From a virus (taxonomy: Duplodnaviria; Heunggongvirae; Uroviricota; Caudoviricetes), in the IMG/VR virus record IMGVR_UViG_3300045004_000084: 64,000 bases of DNA. One strand, written 5' to 3'. The notes beneath the pieces were generated by a model that was given only the letters and a program-made list of their open reading frames with translations, had not been told where the DNA came from and searched no databases. The translations under genes were made by a program, and so were the position numbers. Of this stretch, positions 1 through 9,607 are shown one piece after another. Positions within the stretch are counted from its first letter, which is position 1. Each line of letters opens with the position of its first letter.

Positions 1-1025
1 CTTTCGATCTTCTCGATCGACATTATCATTCTGTACGTCATCAGATTCCGCCAGTAGAACGGCGTGTCGTTCACCAGGCGGTTCTTGAGATCCGACTGCG
101 CGTCCACCACGATCTGGCGGAACGCCATGTCCACTTCTCGGGAGGTGAGAGAGCGGAACACGAGTTTGAGCTGGCCGCCGAACAGGAGCCGTTCTTGACG
201 AAACCGTTGGCCGCCGAGAACGGACTGGACGAAGTTCAACTTGTCCAAGTCGGTGATCGGAGTGTCGTCCTGTTTCTTCAGATCGAAGCCGCAGTGAGGA
301 CACTCGACCGGATGGAGCAGCCCGCCGGCGCCCTCTGGGGGAGAGGCGACGCGCGGGGGTAACGCCGAACCGGCCGCCGTGGGGGACGGCGTGTATGCCG
401 GTTGCGCCGGGGGCTGCGGGGGAGCTGTCGTCCGTCCACCAGGCGAGAGATCGTCGACGAACTCGACGACGCCCTGTTGGGGACGTGGTTGGGGGGAAGG
501 AGCGGACGCAGCACGGGGGGACGGGTCGACCGGGTTGGCGCCCGGCCTCATGATCTTGGCGAACGCGTCGATGGCCTCTGCCGCCGATCGGACTTTGTCT
601 GGCGGAGCCTTCGAGATATCGACCGGCAGCGGCGCTTTCAGGACGTGGTCCATCTTCACGTCCGGATGATACGGAACCGGACCTTCGAGCGCCCTCTGGT
701 GCGCGGCGATCTGTTGGGCGATGTCGGTCGGGACCGGTTTCTTCGGATCGACGTTGAGTTTCTTCAATCCCTCGAGCTCAAAATCCGTGTACACGGTGCC
801 GGCAGGAATGAATTCAGGACCCTGCGGCGCGGGACCAACGACGCCGCCAAGAGATGCCGGGTCGACACCGGACTGTCCGAGAAAGTTAATCACGCCCTCC
901 GGCAGCTCGGCCGGAAATCCCGCCGGCAGACTGGTCGGCGGAGGAGGCGGTACGGGAGCGGCCGGAGCAGCGGGCGGAGACGGCTTCTTCGCCGACCCGA
1001 CGCGACGGATGGGTTTGTCTGCCAT
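1..1025 (-). CDS. Partial CDS whose 3' end lies beyond the window start. Pro/Ala-rich N-terminus (MADKPIRRVGSAKKPSPPAAPAAP...) and later a CPHCG zinc-ribbon-like motif. Probable virion (tail/baseplate-class) protein, function unknown
   Basis: Hand translation of the minus strand. ATG at 1025-1023 with AAGGA about 7 nt upstream. The codon register (plus triplets starting at multiples of 3) has no stop down to position 3. It starts 15 nt after the stop of the 1040-3664 gene. It is absent from the ORF track because there is no in-window stop. Confidence 0.6.
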   Translation of the reverse strand, partial: MADKPIRRVGSAKKPSPPAAPAAPVPPPPPTSLPAGFPAELPEGVINFLGQSGVDPASLGGVVGPAPQGPEFIPAGTVYTDFELEGLKKLNVDPKKPVPTDIAQQIAAHQRALEGPVPYHPDVKMDHVLKAPLPVDISKAPPDKVRSAAEAIDAFAKIMRPGANPVDPSPRAASAPSPQPRPQQGVVEFVDDLSPGGRTTAPPQPPAQPAYTPSPTAAGSALPPRVASPPEGAGGLLHPVECPHCGFDLKKQDDTPITDLDKLNFVQSVLGGQRFRQERLLFGGQLKLVFRSLTSREVDMAFRQIVVDAQSDLKNRLVNDTPFYWRNLMTYRMIMSIEKIE

Positions 1026-1039
1026 GTGAGCATCCTTTC

Positions 1040-3664
1040 TCACCCGATGATCGGGTAGTTGCCGTCCAGCGCCGCCGCCTTGGCGGTCGCGGGCTTGGGT
1101 TCTTCGTGTTCTTCCCTGGCCTTCGGTTTACCCTGTGGCACATCGTACAGCATCAGATCGACCGTGCGGAAGTTCGATCCCGTCCAGCAGTCTTTGCCGG
1201 GCCACGGATAAGTCGTCTCGGACCCGGCCATGACCGGTTTCTCGGTCCACTTCTGCGTCGTCTGACCTGCCAATCGACTGCGCTGCTGCCAGCGGCTCTC
1301 GTACAGCTTGTAGTTTTCCGTCTTGCACTGTGTTGTCGAGCGGAACGAGAACTCGATGTACTCCTGGGTCTGATCGTTTCCGACCCGGTTGATAGGGTAG
1401 TGCGGTGTGTCGAGCTTCTTGTTGTACGTCTCCCCGCAGGACTCGCACCCCTCGTTGATGATCGACCGGATCCGTTCGAGGTTGGACTGCACCTGCCCCA
1501 GACCCGGATCCGACAGCGACGGGACCAGGTTACTATAGGCATCGGCGTCGGAAGTGAAGACGTGACCCTGAGCCACAAACACGGAATTCTGGAACTGGGC
1601 GTAACCCTTCGCCAGCAAGTCGCGGTCGGCCATCAGGTACCCGCACACCACCGTGGCGGTCTTCGAGTACCAGTTGCAGTCCGAGTACGAACCCTCCTTA
1701 CCGAACGCGTCGAACACGTTCTGGTCGACCAAGTTGAAGTTCGACTGGCCCTGTAGGACGATGTCGCCTTTGCTCTTGGCCGAATCGAGGACGATGTTGC
1801 CGACCTTTCCTTCTGCCCCCGAGCGAACGTATACGTCGTTGACCGCCAGAATGCCGATGATGCCCTCGCTCTTGAGAAGCACGCCGTTCGACTTTACGTC
1901 GGTGCCGACTTTGCCGACGAACTCCTGGTCGAAGCCCTTCGCCCGACTCTCGAGAAGCAACGCCCCTTTCCCCGAGTTGCCGGCAGTGATCTGCGTGTTG
2001 AACTCCGACTTGACGCGGACGTCCTCCGTCGTCGCCGACAATTCGACGTTCTTGTAACCCCGGACGACGGCGTCGCGACCGGCCAGGGTGACGGCGTTGC
2101 GCCCGGCCCGGTTTAACACGTCGCCGGGAGCGGACACCTCGGCCGTGCCGTCGATGAACCGCAGCTCCTCACCGTGGCCGCCGGCCAGAACCATGTTGCC
2201 GCCGGGCAGGAGCTTGATCATCGACATCAGCTTGTAGAACTTCGCCTTGTACCGGTGGTCGACCTTGAATTCGACGGGCTCCGAGTCGTCGAAGAACTGC
2301 TGGTCGGCGAGTACGCCGAACGGCACCTGCTCCTCGGTACCTTGAACCTCGTCCGGCTCGCGAAGCTCGAAGTCTTTTTCGTGGTAGTGGAACGGGTGGT
2401 CGCCCCGCCACTGCATCGAGTACGAAGTGTCGTCGTCGGACGCCAGGGCGCGGATAACCCCCTCGTTCTCCCCGTTCACGTCCAGCGGGGCTTTCATCTT
2501 GTGCGAGCTGTTGTCGTACCCCGACTCGACGGAATCGCCGGTCTTGTCCTCCGGCCGCTTGACGCGGGTCGGCGGCGCCCACGGCGGAGTCATGGCGATC
2601 GTGATGCCCTGAGCCGACCGTAGGAAGTAGTACCCGTCCATCGCCAGGGCTTCTTCCCACGCCGCTTTCGTGTCGGCCGGATCCTTCAGCCGGTTGAGTT
2701 CGCCCTCCTCTGGAGGCAGAACCATGACGCGGCGGAATCCCTGACCCAAATAACCCTGGTACTCACGGAACCGATAGAACGCGGCCTGGTCGTCGTGCTT
2801 GGTGTCGAGATTGGCCCGGTACGGCTCGTCCTGCTGCGTCTGCTCGGCGGTGTACGACTTGGTCGGATCGGTGCCCTTCTCGAACGCCCCGAGCGCTTCG
2901 TGCGGGTACGGAGTTGTGCCCACCTCCCGACTGAATTCGCCCTCGTCGTTGAGCTGCTCGTCTTCGCGGCCGCCGGATCGAATCTGCACGTTTTCGCCGG
3001 CCATGCGAGCGAGCTGGTCGTGATAGAACGCCCAGAACCCGGTGTTCTCGTCCGCCCGCAGAAACGCCATGAACGAGTCGACGAACACCGCGACGCCGGT
3101 CTCGGCTATGTATCCCCACTCGCCGAGAGCCGTCTCGTCGAGCGGACGGCCGTTGGAGAAGTCGACGATACCGTGCTTCTGGATCTGCAGCAGGGCCGTG
3201 ATGACCTGCTGACTGGCAGGGGCGTGCCCGCTGGCCTGGGAGATGTAGTCCGAGATCACCTGCCGCTTATCGGAGACGTACGGCGGCTCGACGCCGATGA
3301 TGCATCCGTATCCGGACCGTGGGTGCTTCACATAGAAGACGCGGCTGTTGGGCTGGAGTGCCCCGATACGACACACGCCCACAGGAGTCAGGGCAGCGTC
3401 GGACAGGAGACAGCAGGAGATGATGATATTGCCCTGGTCCGGGGTCACCCGGTACCAGCCGAAGAACGGCATGACCTCGGTCACCCGCCCCGAGCGTACC
3501 TGGAGCTGATTACCGAGGTCGAGATGAGCCTGGCCCGACGACCCGACGGCGTCGGACTTCGGCTGCGACTTGTCGATCTGGGCCTCGAGGCGCTGAACCT
3601 GCGCCTCGAGCCCGACCACCATGTTCTGCAGCGAACTGATGATCTCCGCGATGTTGACCGGCAT
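1040..3664 (-). CDS. Large virion structural protein (874 aa) with an N-terminal coiled-coil segment and a beta-rich body. Candidate baseplate/tail-spike-class protein, function unresolved
   Basis: Long ORF with protein-like composition. It lies directly downstream of the sheath/tube-like pair in the same orientation. No recognisable catalytic motif. Confidence 0.5.
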   Translation of the reverse strand: MPVNIAEIISSLQNMVVGLEAQVQRLEAQIDKSQPKSDAVGSSGQAHLDLGNQLQVRSGRVTEVMPFFGWYRVTPDQGNIIISCCLLSDAALTPVGVCRIGALQPNSRVFYVKHPRSGYGCIIGVEPPYVSDKRQVISDYISQASGHAPASQQVITALLQIQKHGIVDFSNGRPLDETALGEWGYIAETGVAVFVDSFMAFLRADENTGFWAFYHDQLARMAGENVQIRSGGREDEQLNDEGEFSREVGTTPYPHEALGAFEKGTDPTKSYTAEQTQQDEPYRANLDTKHDDQAAFYRFREYQGYLGQGFRRVMVLPPEEGELNRLKDPADTKAAWEEALAMDGYYFLRSAQGITIAMTPPWAPPTRVKRPEDKTGDSVESGYDNSSHKMKAPLDVNGENEGVIRALASDDDTSYSMQWRGDHPFHYHEKDFELREPDEVQGTEEQVPFGVLADQQFFDDSEPVEFKVDHRYKAKFYKLMSMIKLLPGGNMVLAGGHGEELRFIDGTAEVSAPGDVLNRAGRNAVTLAGRDAVVRGYKNVELSATTEDVRVKSEFNTQITAGNSGKGALLLESRAKGFDQEFVGKVGTDVKSNGVLLKSEGIIGILAVNDVYVRSGAEGKVGNIVLDSAKSKGDIVLQGQSNFNLVDQNVFDAFGKEGSYSDCNWYSKTATVVCGYLMADRDLLAKGYAQFQNSVFVAQGHVFTSDADAYSNLVPSLSDPGLGQVQSNLERIRSIINEGCESCGETYNKKLDTPHYPINRVGNDQTQEYIEFSFRSTTQCKTENYKLYESRWQQRSRLAGQTTQKWTEKPVMAGSETTYPWPGKDCWTGSNFRTVDLMLYDVPQGKPKAREEHEEPKPATAKAAALDGNYPIIG

Positions 3665-3711
3665 TGAGTCTCCCGATCTACCGAATCGCCACGCCGGTCG
3701 TCACCGTGCGA

Positions 3712-4176
3712 TTACGGGATCCGGTTGAGTTGCCCGAACATTCCCTGGACCTGCTCGTTGATGAGCATGTCCTGGGCCTGCATCGAGTACGCGACGGACA
3801 TCAACACGACCGCCTTCGCGATCAGGATGATGAAGCCGCCCACCCCGGCGCCGGAACAGGCCGAATTCCCGAGTAGCAGGAAGACGTCCTTGTCGCCCTT
3901 GGAACACGGATTCCCCAGAAGGGCGAGGAACGCCGACCCGACGATCGACGGGCCGATGATCTTGCCGAGCTGGATCTGGCCGGTGGTACGACCAACGACG
4001 TAGTAGCGGTTGTTCGAGCCGATCTCGAACAGAGTGTTCACGGTCTGACTGTAGTTGATGCTGAGCTGCTGGATCAAGTGGGTAGCCATCGCTTGACCAC
4101 CGATGATCAGCACGCTCGCATCGGCAGCGAAGGCCCCGGCGAAGGGGCTGTCGTTGCGACCGAAAATGTCAGCCAT
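3712..4176 (-). CDS. Small virion protein (154 aa), candidate tail tube protein by size and by position immediately after the sheath candidate
   Basis: A 154-aa ORF 80 nt downstream of the 922-aa sheath candidate. Beta-rich composition. No motif proof. Confidence 0.3.
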   Translation of the reverse strand: MADIFGRNDSPFAGAFAADASVLIIGGQAMATHLIQQLSINYSQTVNTLFEIGSNNRYYVVGRTTGQIQLGKIIGPSIVGSAFLALLGNPCSKGDKDVFLLLGNSACSGAGVGGFIILIAKAVVLMSVAYSMQAQDMLINEQVQGMFGQLNRIP

Positions 4177-4256
4177 TGCTCAGGACCTCCGTGTCCGTTA
4201 AGGAGGGGCGTCGTGCCCCTCCCGTTAATTGTGGATGCGCCTCGACTTTCTCCGGG

Positions 4257-7025
4257 TCAGACCACGAGCCGCAACTCGATGTTGTTGATCGGGTACGGCA
4301 CAGTCAGGTCGATCGTAATGACCACGCGGTCCTTGAGCAGGGCGTGTTGTCGCAGCTCCCTGATGTTGTAGCCGACCAGTTGCGGGCCGATACGGGGGGT
4401 CCGGTCGACCGACATCTCGTCGAGGGCCGAGGTGATGGTGTTACGCATCATCAGCAGCACGCCGTCGACCACGTTGCTCTTGCCGATGTACGGCTCGAGA
4501 GCGGCGAGCAGAGTGTAGCTGATCGAGTCCACGTTGACCCGGATCATTTCCTCGCGACGGTTCAGGTCGGTGTTGTCGGTCGTCAACGCGTGACGCGTGA
4601 TGATCGACCCGTCCTTCGCCTTCACCACGATCCACCCGCCGGCGGCCGCGATGGTGTTCAGGTGGACGCTGTTAAGGCTCTTCACCAGCTCCCCGACGTC
4701 GTCGATCCCCGCGATCTCGACGTTCGTCAGACCCTGGTGCGGGTTGACGGCCGACCGAAGGCCGGCGGCAGAACAGGCCAGGAAGTAACCCGGGAAGCTG
4801 ACACCGGCGTTGCCGACCGTCTCGTTGACGATCGCGCAAACCCGACGGCTGGACAACCGACCGACTTCATCGACCACCGCCGTCGCCAGCCCGGCGCCCT
4901 TCAAGCTCCGCCAGACCTCCACTTTCTGCGCGACCGAGATGGGAACGTCGTGCCCGTCGGTCAGGCGGAGGGTGTTCTCCGACAGAACTTCGTCGACCGT
5001 GAACTCGGTCCAGGTGTCGTTGTCGAACCCGTCCGTCGAGTACAGGAACCGGACCTTGTCCCCCGGCTCCACGTCGTTGGTCAAAAACTTCGCGTTGCCG
5101 GCCGGGACCGACAGCCGGGTGTACTGCGTTCCGCTGGTCAGCGGATCGTCGGACAGCGTCGCCAGCGCGACCTCGCCGTCCGAAGTGGTGGCTTCCGAGA
5201 CGATGGCCTTCTCGTCCGGCACGCTGATCCCGCAGAACATGCCCCGCCACCGCCCGTTCTCCGGGCTCGACTGCCCTTCGACGTGGGCCTTCCACGCGTC
5301 GATGACGGTCTTGTTGGTGGTCAGCGGGACCAAGTTGTACAGGTCGTCGCGGCCGACCAGGATCTCGAGCGCGTCGAACCAGGTGTCGGTGTCGTTCGGA
5401 TCCTCGACCGCCGTGAAGCGGACCGGCTGGCCGTTGCTGTTCTGCAGCGCCATGAAGACGCCCCAGAACAGCGGGTTGTCCGGACTCGCCTGGCCGAGCA
5501 GGTCGGGCAGATTCGCCACATCGTCGGCCGACTCGAACTCGGCGATGTAGGTCGGCAGCCACGCGCGGTAATGGAGGAACAGCTCGCCGCCCTTGAGCGG
5601 CAGCGGAAGCTGCTCGCCGTCGTCGGTCCACGTCGAGTCGTAGAGGGTGATCCCGCTCTCGACAGTGAACTCGGTGTCCGCCTGCGAGTAGTTCGTCAGC
5701 GGCGGGCTCGTCACGCGGTTCTTCTCGATGACGATGTCCTTCTTGATGAACAGCTTCAGGTCGAGGTCGGTCGCGTCCTGAATCTCTTCCGGCAGGTCGT
5801 CGGCCAGGATCAGGGTCTGCATCGACCCTTCCTTCTCCGCCTCGACCTCGATGTAGTACTTGTCGCCCTTGCACAGGCCGGAGGCGCCGGCAAAGGAGAC
5901 GGTCACGTCCTTCGTTCCGGCCGCGAACGCGGTGGACGCGGCGGTGACCTTCGTCGGGCCGCTCTTGTCCACGCCGGTCGTGGTGGTGACGGTGATCTCC
6001 GGCTTGTTGGCGAAAGCGCCGCCCTTCGTGACCTCGATGATGTAGGTGGTGTTCTTGGTGCCGCTGTAGGTGCCGCCGCTGGTCGCGACGGGCGCGGTGA
6101 ACGCCTGCTTGACGCGCACCTTCCACTTCTGGCCGACAACCAGGTCGTCCGGGCTGATGTCTTCGAGCTCGGCCGCCGAAGACGCCGAGTTCGTCTCGAC
6201 GCGGTCGAACTCGATCTTCAGGCCCCGTTTGCCGATGAGCGTGAACCCGCCTACCGGCGAAGGCTCGACGTCCGAATCCTGGTCGTGGCCGCTGGCCGTG
6301 GTGACGCGCAGGCGGGCCGTGGTCAGGTCGCCGCTGATCGAGCTGCGGGTGACCTCGATTGTGTAGCTCTCGTCGAGATCGCCCAGCTCGCGACCGTCGT
6401 AGCTGGACCCGTCGGCCGTCAGGGTGATGGTGTTCTTGAGCCCGCTGAGCTCGTCGACCGTCACTTCGTAGCTCTGGTCGTCTTGGTTGGTGTCGGCGTC
6501 GGTCGCCGACCCGGTGACCGGGGCCACCAGATCGCCGGCGAACCCGTTGACGGTGGTCCACAGCTCGAAGCTGTCGCCGCTTCCCGACTCGACGCCACGG
6601 ACGTACGCCGTGTCGCCGACCTTCACGTCGCGGTCGTACAGGCTGTCAGAACGCGGGTAGTCGTCGGTGTTCTTCTTGAACGCGTGGCTCGCCGAGCGAA
6701 TCCGGTTCTTGTAAGTGGCGACGGGCACGACGAGGCCGCCCACGGCGATCAGGTCGGCGAAGTACTGCAGCAGAGCGCCGTCGCAGTAGAGCTTGGTGTA
6801 GTCGAAGTCGACTTGGGCGCCGTCGGGGCGTTCGGGCCAGGCGTACGCCTGGTCGGAAATCGGGTCGTACTGGCCGAGGCCGATGACGGCTTTCTCGTCC
6901 TCGTCGTCGTAGCGGAACAAGCGGGCGTGACCGCCTGTGATGTGGGCCTGACGCGGCGCCTCCGTCGCGGTCGGAGCAACGCGGAACTCCTGGTACACCA
7001 GGACGCGGGGCAGAACGTACGCCAT
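4257..7025 (-). CDS. Candidate contractile tail sheath protein (922 aa) with a central Thr/Ser/Gly-rich beta-sandwich (Ig-like) insertion region. Alternative reading: large capsid/decoration-bearing structural protein
   Basis: Size, conserved-looking N- and C-terminal regions flanking a low-complexity T/S/G-rich middle, followed by a tube-sized gene. Assigned by synteny only. Confidence 0.35.
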   Translation of the reverse strand: MAYVLPRVLVYQEFRVAPTATEAPRQAHITGGHARLFRYDDEDEKAVIGLGQYDPISDQAYAWPERPDGAQVDFDYTKLYCDGALLQYFADLIAVGGLVVPVATYKNRIRSASHAFKKNTDDYPRSDSLYDRDVKVGDTAYVRGVESGSGDSFELWTTVNGFAGDLVAPVTGSATDADTNQDDQSYEVTVDELSGLKNTITLTADGSSYDGRELGDLDESYTIEVTRSSISGDLTTARLRVTTASGHDQDSDVEPSPVGGFTLIGKRGLKIEFDRVETNSASSAAELEDISPDDLVVGQKWKVRVKQAFTAPVATSGGTYSGTKNTTYIIEVTKGGAFANKPEITVTTTTGVDKSGPTKVTAASTAFAAGTKDVTVSFAGASGLCKGDKYYIEVEAEKEGSMQTLILADDLPEEIQDATDLDLKLFIKKDIVIEKNRVTSPPLTNYSQADTEFTVESGITLYDSTWTDDGEQLPLPLKGGELFLHYRAWLPTYIAEFESADDVANLPDLLGQASPDNPLFWGVFMALQNSNGQPVRFTAVEDPNDTDTWFDALEILVGRDDLYNLVPLTTNKTVIDAWKAHVEGQSSPENGRWRGMFCGISVPDEKAIVSEATTSDGEVALATLSDDPLTSGTQYTRLSVPAGNAKFLTNDVEPGDKVRFLYSTDGFDNDTWTEFTVDEVLSENTLRLTDGHDVPISVAQKVEVWRSLKGAGLATAVVDEVGRLSSRRVCAIVNETVGNAGVSFPGYFLACSAAGLRSAVNPHQGLTNVEIAGIDDVGELVKSLNSVHLNTIAAAGGWIVVKAKDGSIITRHALTTDNTDLNRREEMIRVNVDSISYTLLAALEPYIGKSNVVDGVLLMMRNTITSALDEMSVDRTPRIGPQLVGYNIRELRQHALLKDRVVITIDLTVPYPINNIELRLVV

Positions 7026-7078
7026 TTGTTTGGCCTCCGTGCCAAAAGTTCGGGTGACTTCCTGTCAGCCGCCCTCGT

Positions 7079-7699
7079 TCACGGCAAGAACGAGGACAAA
7101 ACCACGCGCTTCAGAGTCGGGGCATAGGGTTGCAGCAGCCACTTCTCTTCGGCTGCGTAGCTCACGGTCACCGGGACCGCGTAGTTCTCCCTCGCCTCCT
7201 CCAGCTCGAACAGAGCGCCGACGCCCACCAGAACGAACCGCATCATGTCGAGTTCTTGCCGGATGATCGGCCCGAACTGTAGCAGTTCTCGGTAGACTTC
7301 GCCACCCAGAATCTCCGCTTCTGTACCGTGTCCTGCGATACAGAACAAGGTGTGCGAGCCGGTGAGGAAGGTCGAGTAGTACCGCTCACCGGTCAATGAT
7401 ACTCCACCCTGCAGTCTGTCGTCTATACCGGCCCGCTGCACCTGCCATTCATTCCGTTTGATGATAACCGCCGGTCGTTTCTCGACGAGAGTCGGTTTGT
7501 ACTTCGTGATCGACTCGATCAGGATGTTCGACGAATCGACCTCCTTCCACAGCTTGCCCCGCAACTCCTTGTTCTCAACGAAATCCGGGTTCGAGAAGTG
7601 GTACTTGAACCATTCTCGTAGGAATCCCGTCATCAGGTGCGGTCGGGGCGCGATCGCGCACCAGTTACTTACCAGCCCTGTTCTGATTTCCGGCGGCAT
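7079..7699 (-). CDS. Virion protein upstream of the sheath candidate (tail terminator/neck class by position), about 206 aa
   Basis: The track ORF 7079..7777 was trimmed to the internal ATG (MPPEIRTGLV...), which has an AGGGGG RBS about 6 nt upstream. The residues upstream of this Met are Arg/Ser/Thr-rich and look like junk. Confidence 0.4.
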   Translation of the reverse strand: MPPEIRTGLVSNWCAIAPRPHLMTGFLREWFKYHFSNPDFVENKELRGKLWKEVDSSNILIESITKYKPTLVEKRPAVIIKRNEWQVQRAGIDDRLQGGVSLTGERYYSTFLTGSHTLFCIAGHGTEAEILGGEVYRELLQFGPIIRQELDMMRFVLVGVGALFELEEARENYAVPVTVSYAAEEKWLLQPYAPTLKRVVLSSFLP

Positions 7700-7858
7700 C
7701 CTTGCCCCCTGTCTGGTACGGCGGGACGTACTTATCTGCCGCCGCAAGCTGTATGCGCCCGTCTGACGACAGACCAAGGGCTGCGTGACACTGCTGGGTC
7801 AGCTTTTCGTCGGGCTCCCACTCGGTGAGCCGGATCCGCTTCGGACTGATCGACTTGA

Positions 7859-8680
7859 TCATGTTCCCTCCAGCGGGATCTTGTACGCCCGGTCGGTGAA
7901 CGGCAGCTCTCGCATGGTCAGCGTACTCGCGATCGTGTATCCCCGGTGGACGGCCAAGTCGTTCACGTCGCGGACGATGTACCTCATGTCGCTCCCCTTC
8001 ACCACGAAAACGTCGTACACGTCGATATTCGGGTCGCCGAGAGCCCGGCATCCCTGAACAACGGCCGACTCGGTCGTACCGGCCGCCTGGAGCTGATCCA
8101 TCTGCTCCTCAGTGTCGACGGGCGGAATCTCGATGTACACGTCAGGAATGGCCGCGTAGTACCCCTCGACAATACCGGTGCCGTTGCATTCCGGACAGTC
8201 CGAGTTGGTCACTTCATCGGTCAGACGCTCGACGCAGGTCGTGCATTTGCGGCCGTACCGTTTCCGTTTGAGCAGGTACCCCTGGACGCCGACGAAATCG
8301 TCGAGACGGAGCCGCTCCTTGCGGATCATTTCGGTGGCGAGTCGCCAGTCGCGGAAATTCAGGTTCTCCTTCGGCGAGACGGCCGACGAGATGTACGTCC
8401 TGACCGGGGTCGTAAGAACCACCCGGTAGTTCCAGTCCTGATTCTTGCCGTATACCCGCTGCTCGTCGTCGACCGCGTAGTACCCGTTGGACACCGACAG
8501 ACCGATGTCCTCCCAGTCCGACCCGTCCACGCCGCCGTACGACCCCTGGAGCTGGAAAACATGGGGCAGCGGATCGGTAAACAGCCGGTGGAGCTGCCAC
8601 TCGACCTTCGCGCCGCCGGTCGTCGCGTACCGCACCGTGACGCGCTCGAACGGAGTGTTCAGTTTGTCACGCGGCGGCAT
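7859..8680 (-). CDS. Structural-module protein with a C4 zinc ribbon (CTTC...CPEC), 273 aa
   Basis: ORF with normal composition. Cys-x2-Cys ... Cys-x2-Cys motif. Its stop overlaps the start of the upstream gene (8680). Confidence 0.45.
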   Translation of the reverse strand: MPPRDKLNTPFERVTVRYATTGGAKVEWQLHRLFTDPLPHVFQLQGSYGGVDGSDWEDIGLSVSNGYYAVDDEQRVYGKNQDWNYRVVLTTPVRTYISSAVSPKENLNFRDWRLATEMIRKERLRLDDFVGVQGYLLKRKRYGRKCTTCVERLTDEVTNSDCPECNGTGIVEGYYAAIPDVYIEIPPVDTEEQMDQLQAAGTTESAVVQGCRALGDPNIDVYDVFVVKGSDMRYIVRDVNDLAVHRGYTIASTLTMRELPFTDRAYKIPLEGT

Positions 8681-9597
8681 CAGCGGCGTCCTCCGTACGG
8701 GGAGCCGTGGGTGCCAGTCCAGCCCATACGGTTGATGCGGGCCTTCTCCATCTTGACCCAGGTCAGGTAGCTCTGCTCGAGCTCCTGGGCGACGGCCAGA
8801 TACTCCTGGGCCTTGTTCTTGTCGTCAAGCTGCACGCCGCCGGCCGAATACGGCAGGTGGTCGCGGCTGTAGTGCTTGGCGGCCAACGAGTACAATTCGG
8901 CCATGATCCCGTCGATGAGCGCGTACGGGTCGTAGAAGTTGGCCGAGTTGTACATCCTCGTCAGGCGGGGCGGGGTCTTGTTCCAGGTGTGGATCGCGGC
9001 GGTCATCGCTTCCACGATCTCGGCCAGGTCCCACTCGTAATCCTTGAGCAGGAAGTTGCCGTCCTTGTGGTCGCGGAGGTAGGTGCGGATCTCGCTTACC
9101 GACGGCACGCCGCCGGACTGCTCTGCCTGCGCGAACTGGTTGGCCTCGACCAGGACGTACATGCCGTTGGTGAACAACAAATCGCCGTCCGGGGCGAACA
9201 CCCCCCAGTCGCCGTTCATGATTCCGGCCAGTTCGGTGGCCTTCTTGGGGATCCGAACCCGGACCGTGCCGCTCGGCGCGTCCATAACCACCGCGTCGGT
9301 CTCGACCATCCCCTCGTCGGTATGGGCGAACGTCTCGTTGAGGCGTAGCTTGATCGACCCCTCGGCAGCGGCCGACGAGGACGTGGAACTCGAGCTGGAG
9401 GTCGAACCGAATCCGCAGGAGGTGAGGTTGACCGGACGACCCTCGGAGTCGCGGATGACGAACTCAACTACCGGGCTGGCGGTCTGAGGGACAGCGACGG
9501 CAACGAACTTCGTGAGAACGGGCTTACCCTCGACTCGCGTGTATCGCGGCTTGACGAGAGCGGCCTCGGGGCAGGTGATGATCGAGGGGTCGGGCAT
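8680..9597 (-). CDS. Structural-module protein of unknown function (305 aa) containing a poly-Ser tract
   Basis: ORF with protein-like composition in the morphogenesis block. Confidence 0.45.
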   Translation of the reverse strand: MPDPSIITCPEAALVKPRYTRVEGKPVLTKFVAVAVPQTASPVVEFVIRDSEGRPVNLTSCGFGSTSSSSSTSSSAAAEGSIKLRLNETFAHTDEGMVETDAVVMDAPSGTVRVRIPKKATELAGIMNGDWGVFAPDGDLLFTNGMYVLVEANQFAQAEQSGGVPSVSEIRTYLRDHKDGNFLLKDYEWDLAEIVEAMTAAIHTWNKTPPRLTRMYNSANFYDPYALIDGIMAELYSLAAKHYSRDHLPYSAGGVQLDDKNKAQEYLAVAQELEQSYLTWVKMEKARINRMGWTGTHGSPYGGRR

Positions 9598-9607
9598 GGC
9601 TAGGTCC

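Noticed and set aside
4867-6561. 564-aa minus-strand ORF in an alternative frame inside the sheath candidate. Also 22629-23771, 380 aa, inside the 1126-aa gene
   Set aside because: Arg/Gly/Pro-rich junk composition, fully nested in better ORFs.
4176-7127. 983-aa plus-strand ORF, plus similar long plus-strand ORFs at 2795-3667, 9512-10906, 19459-20937, 22139-23683, 26545-28356, 33617-34723, 38087-39199, 38904-40127 and 49031-50326
   Set aside because: All are antisense to convincing minus-strand genes. They have Arg/Gly/Ala/Val/Leu-dominated low-complexity composition, typical of stop-poor alternative frames in 65% GC DNA, and lack any recognisable motif.
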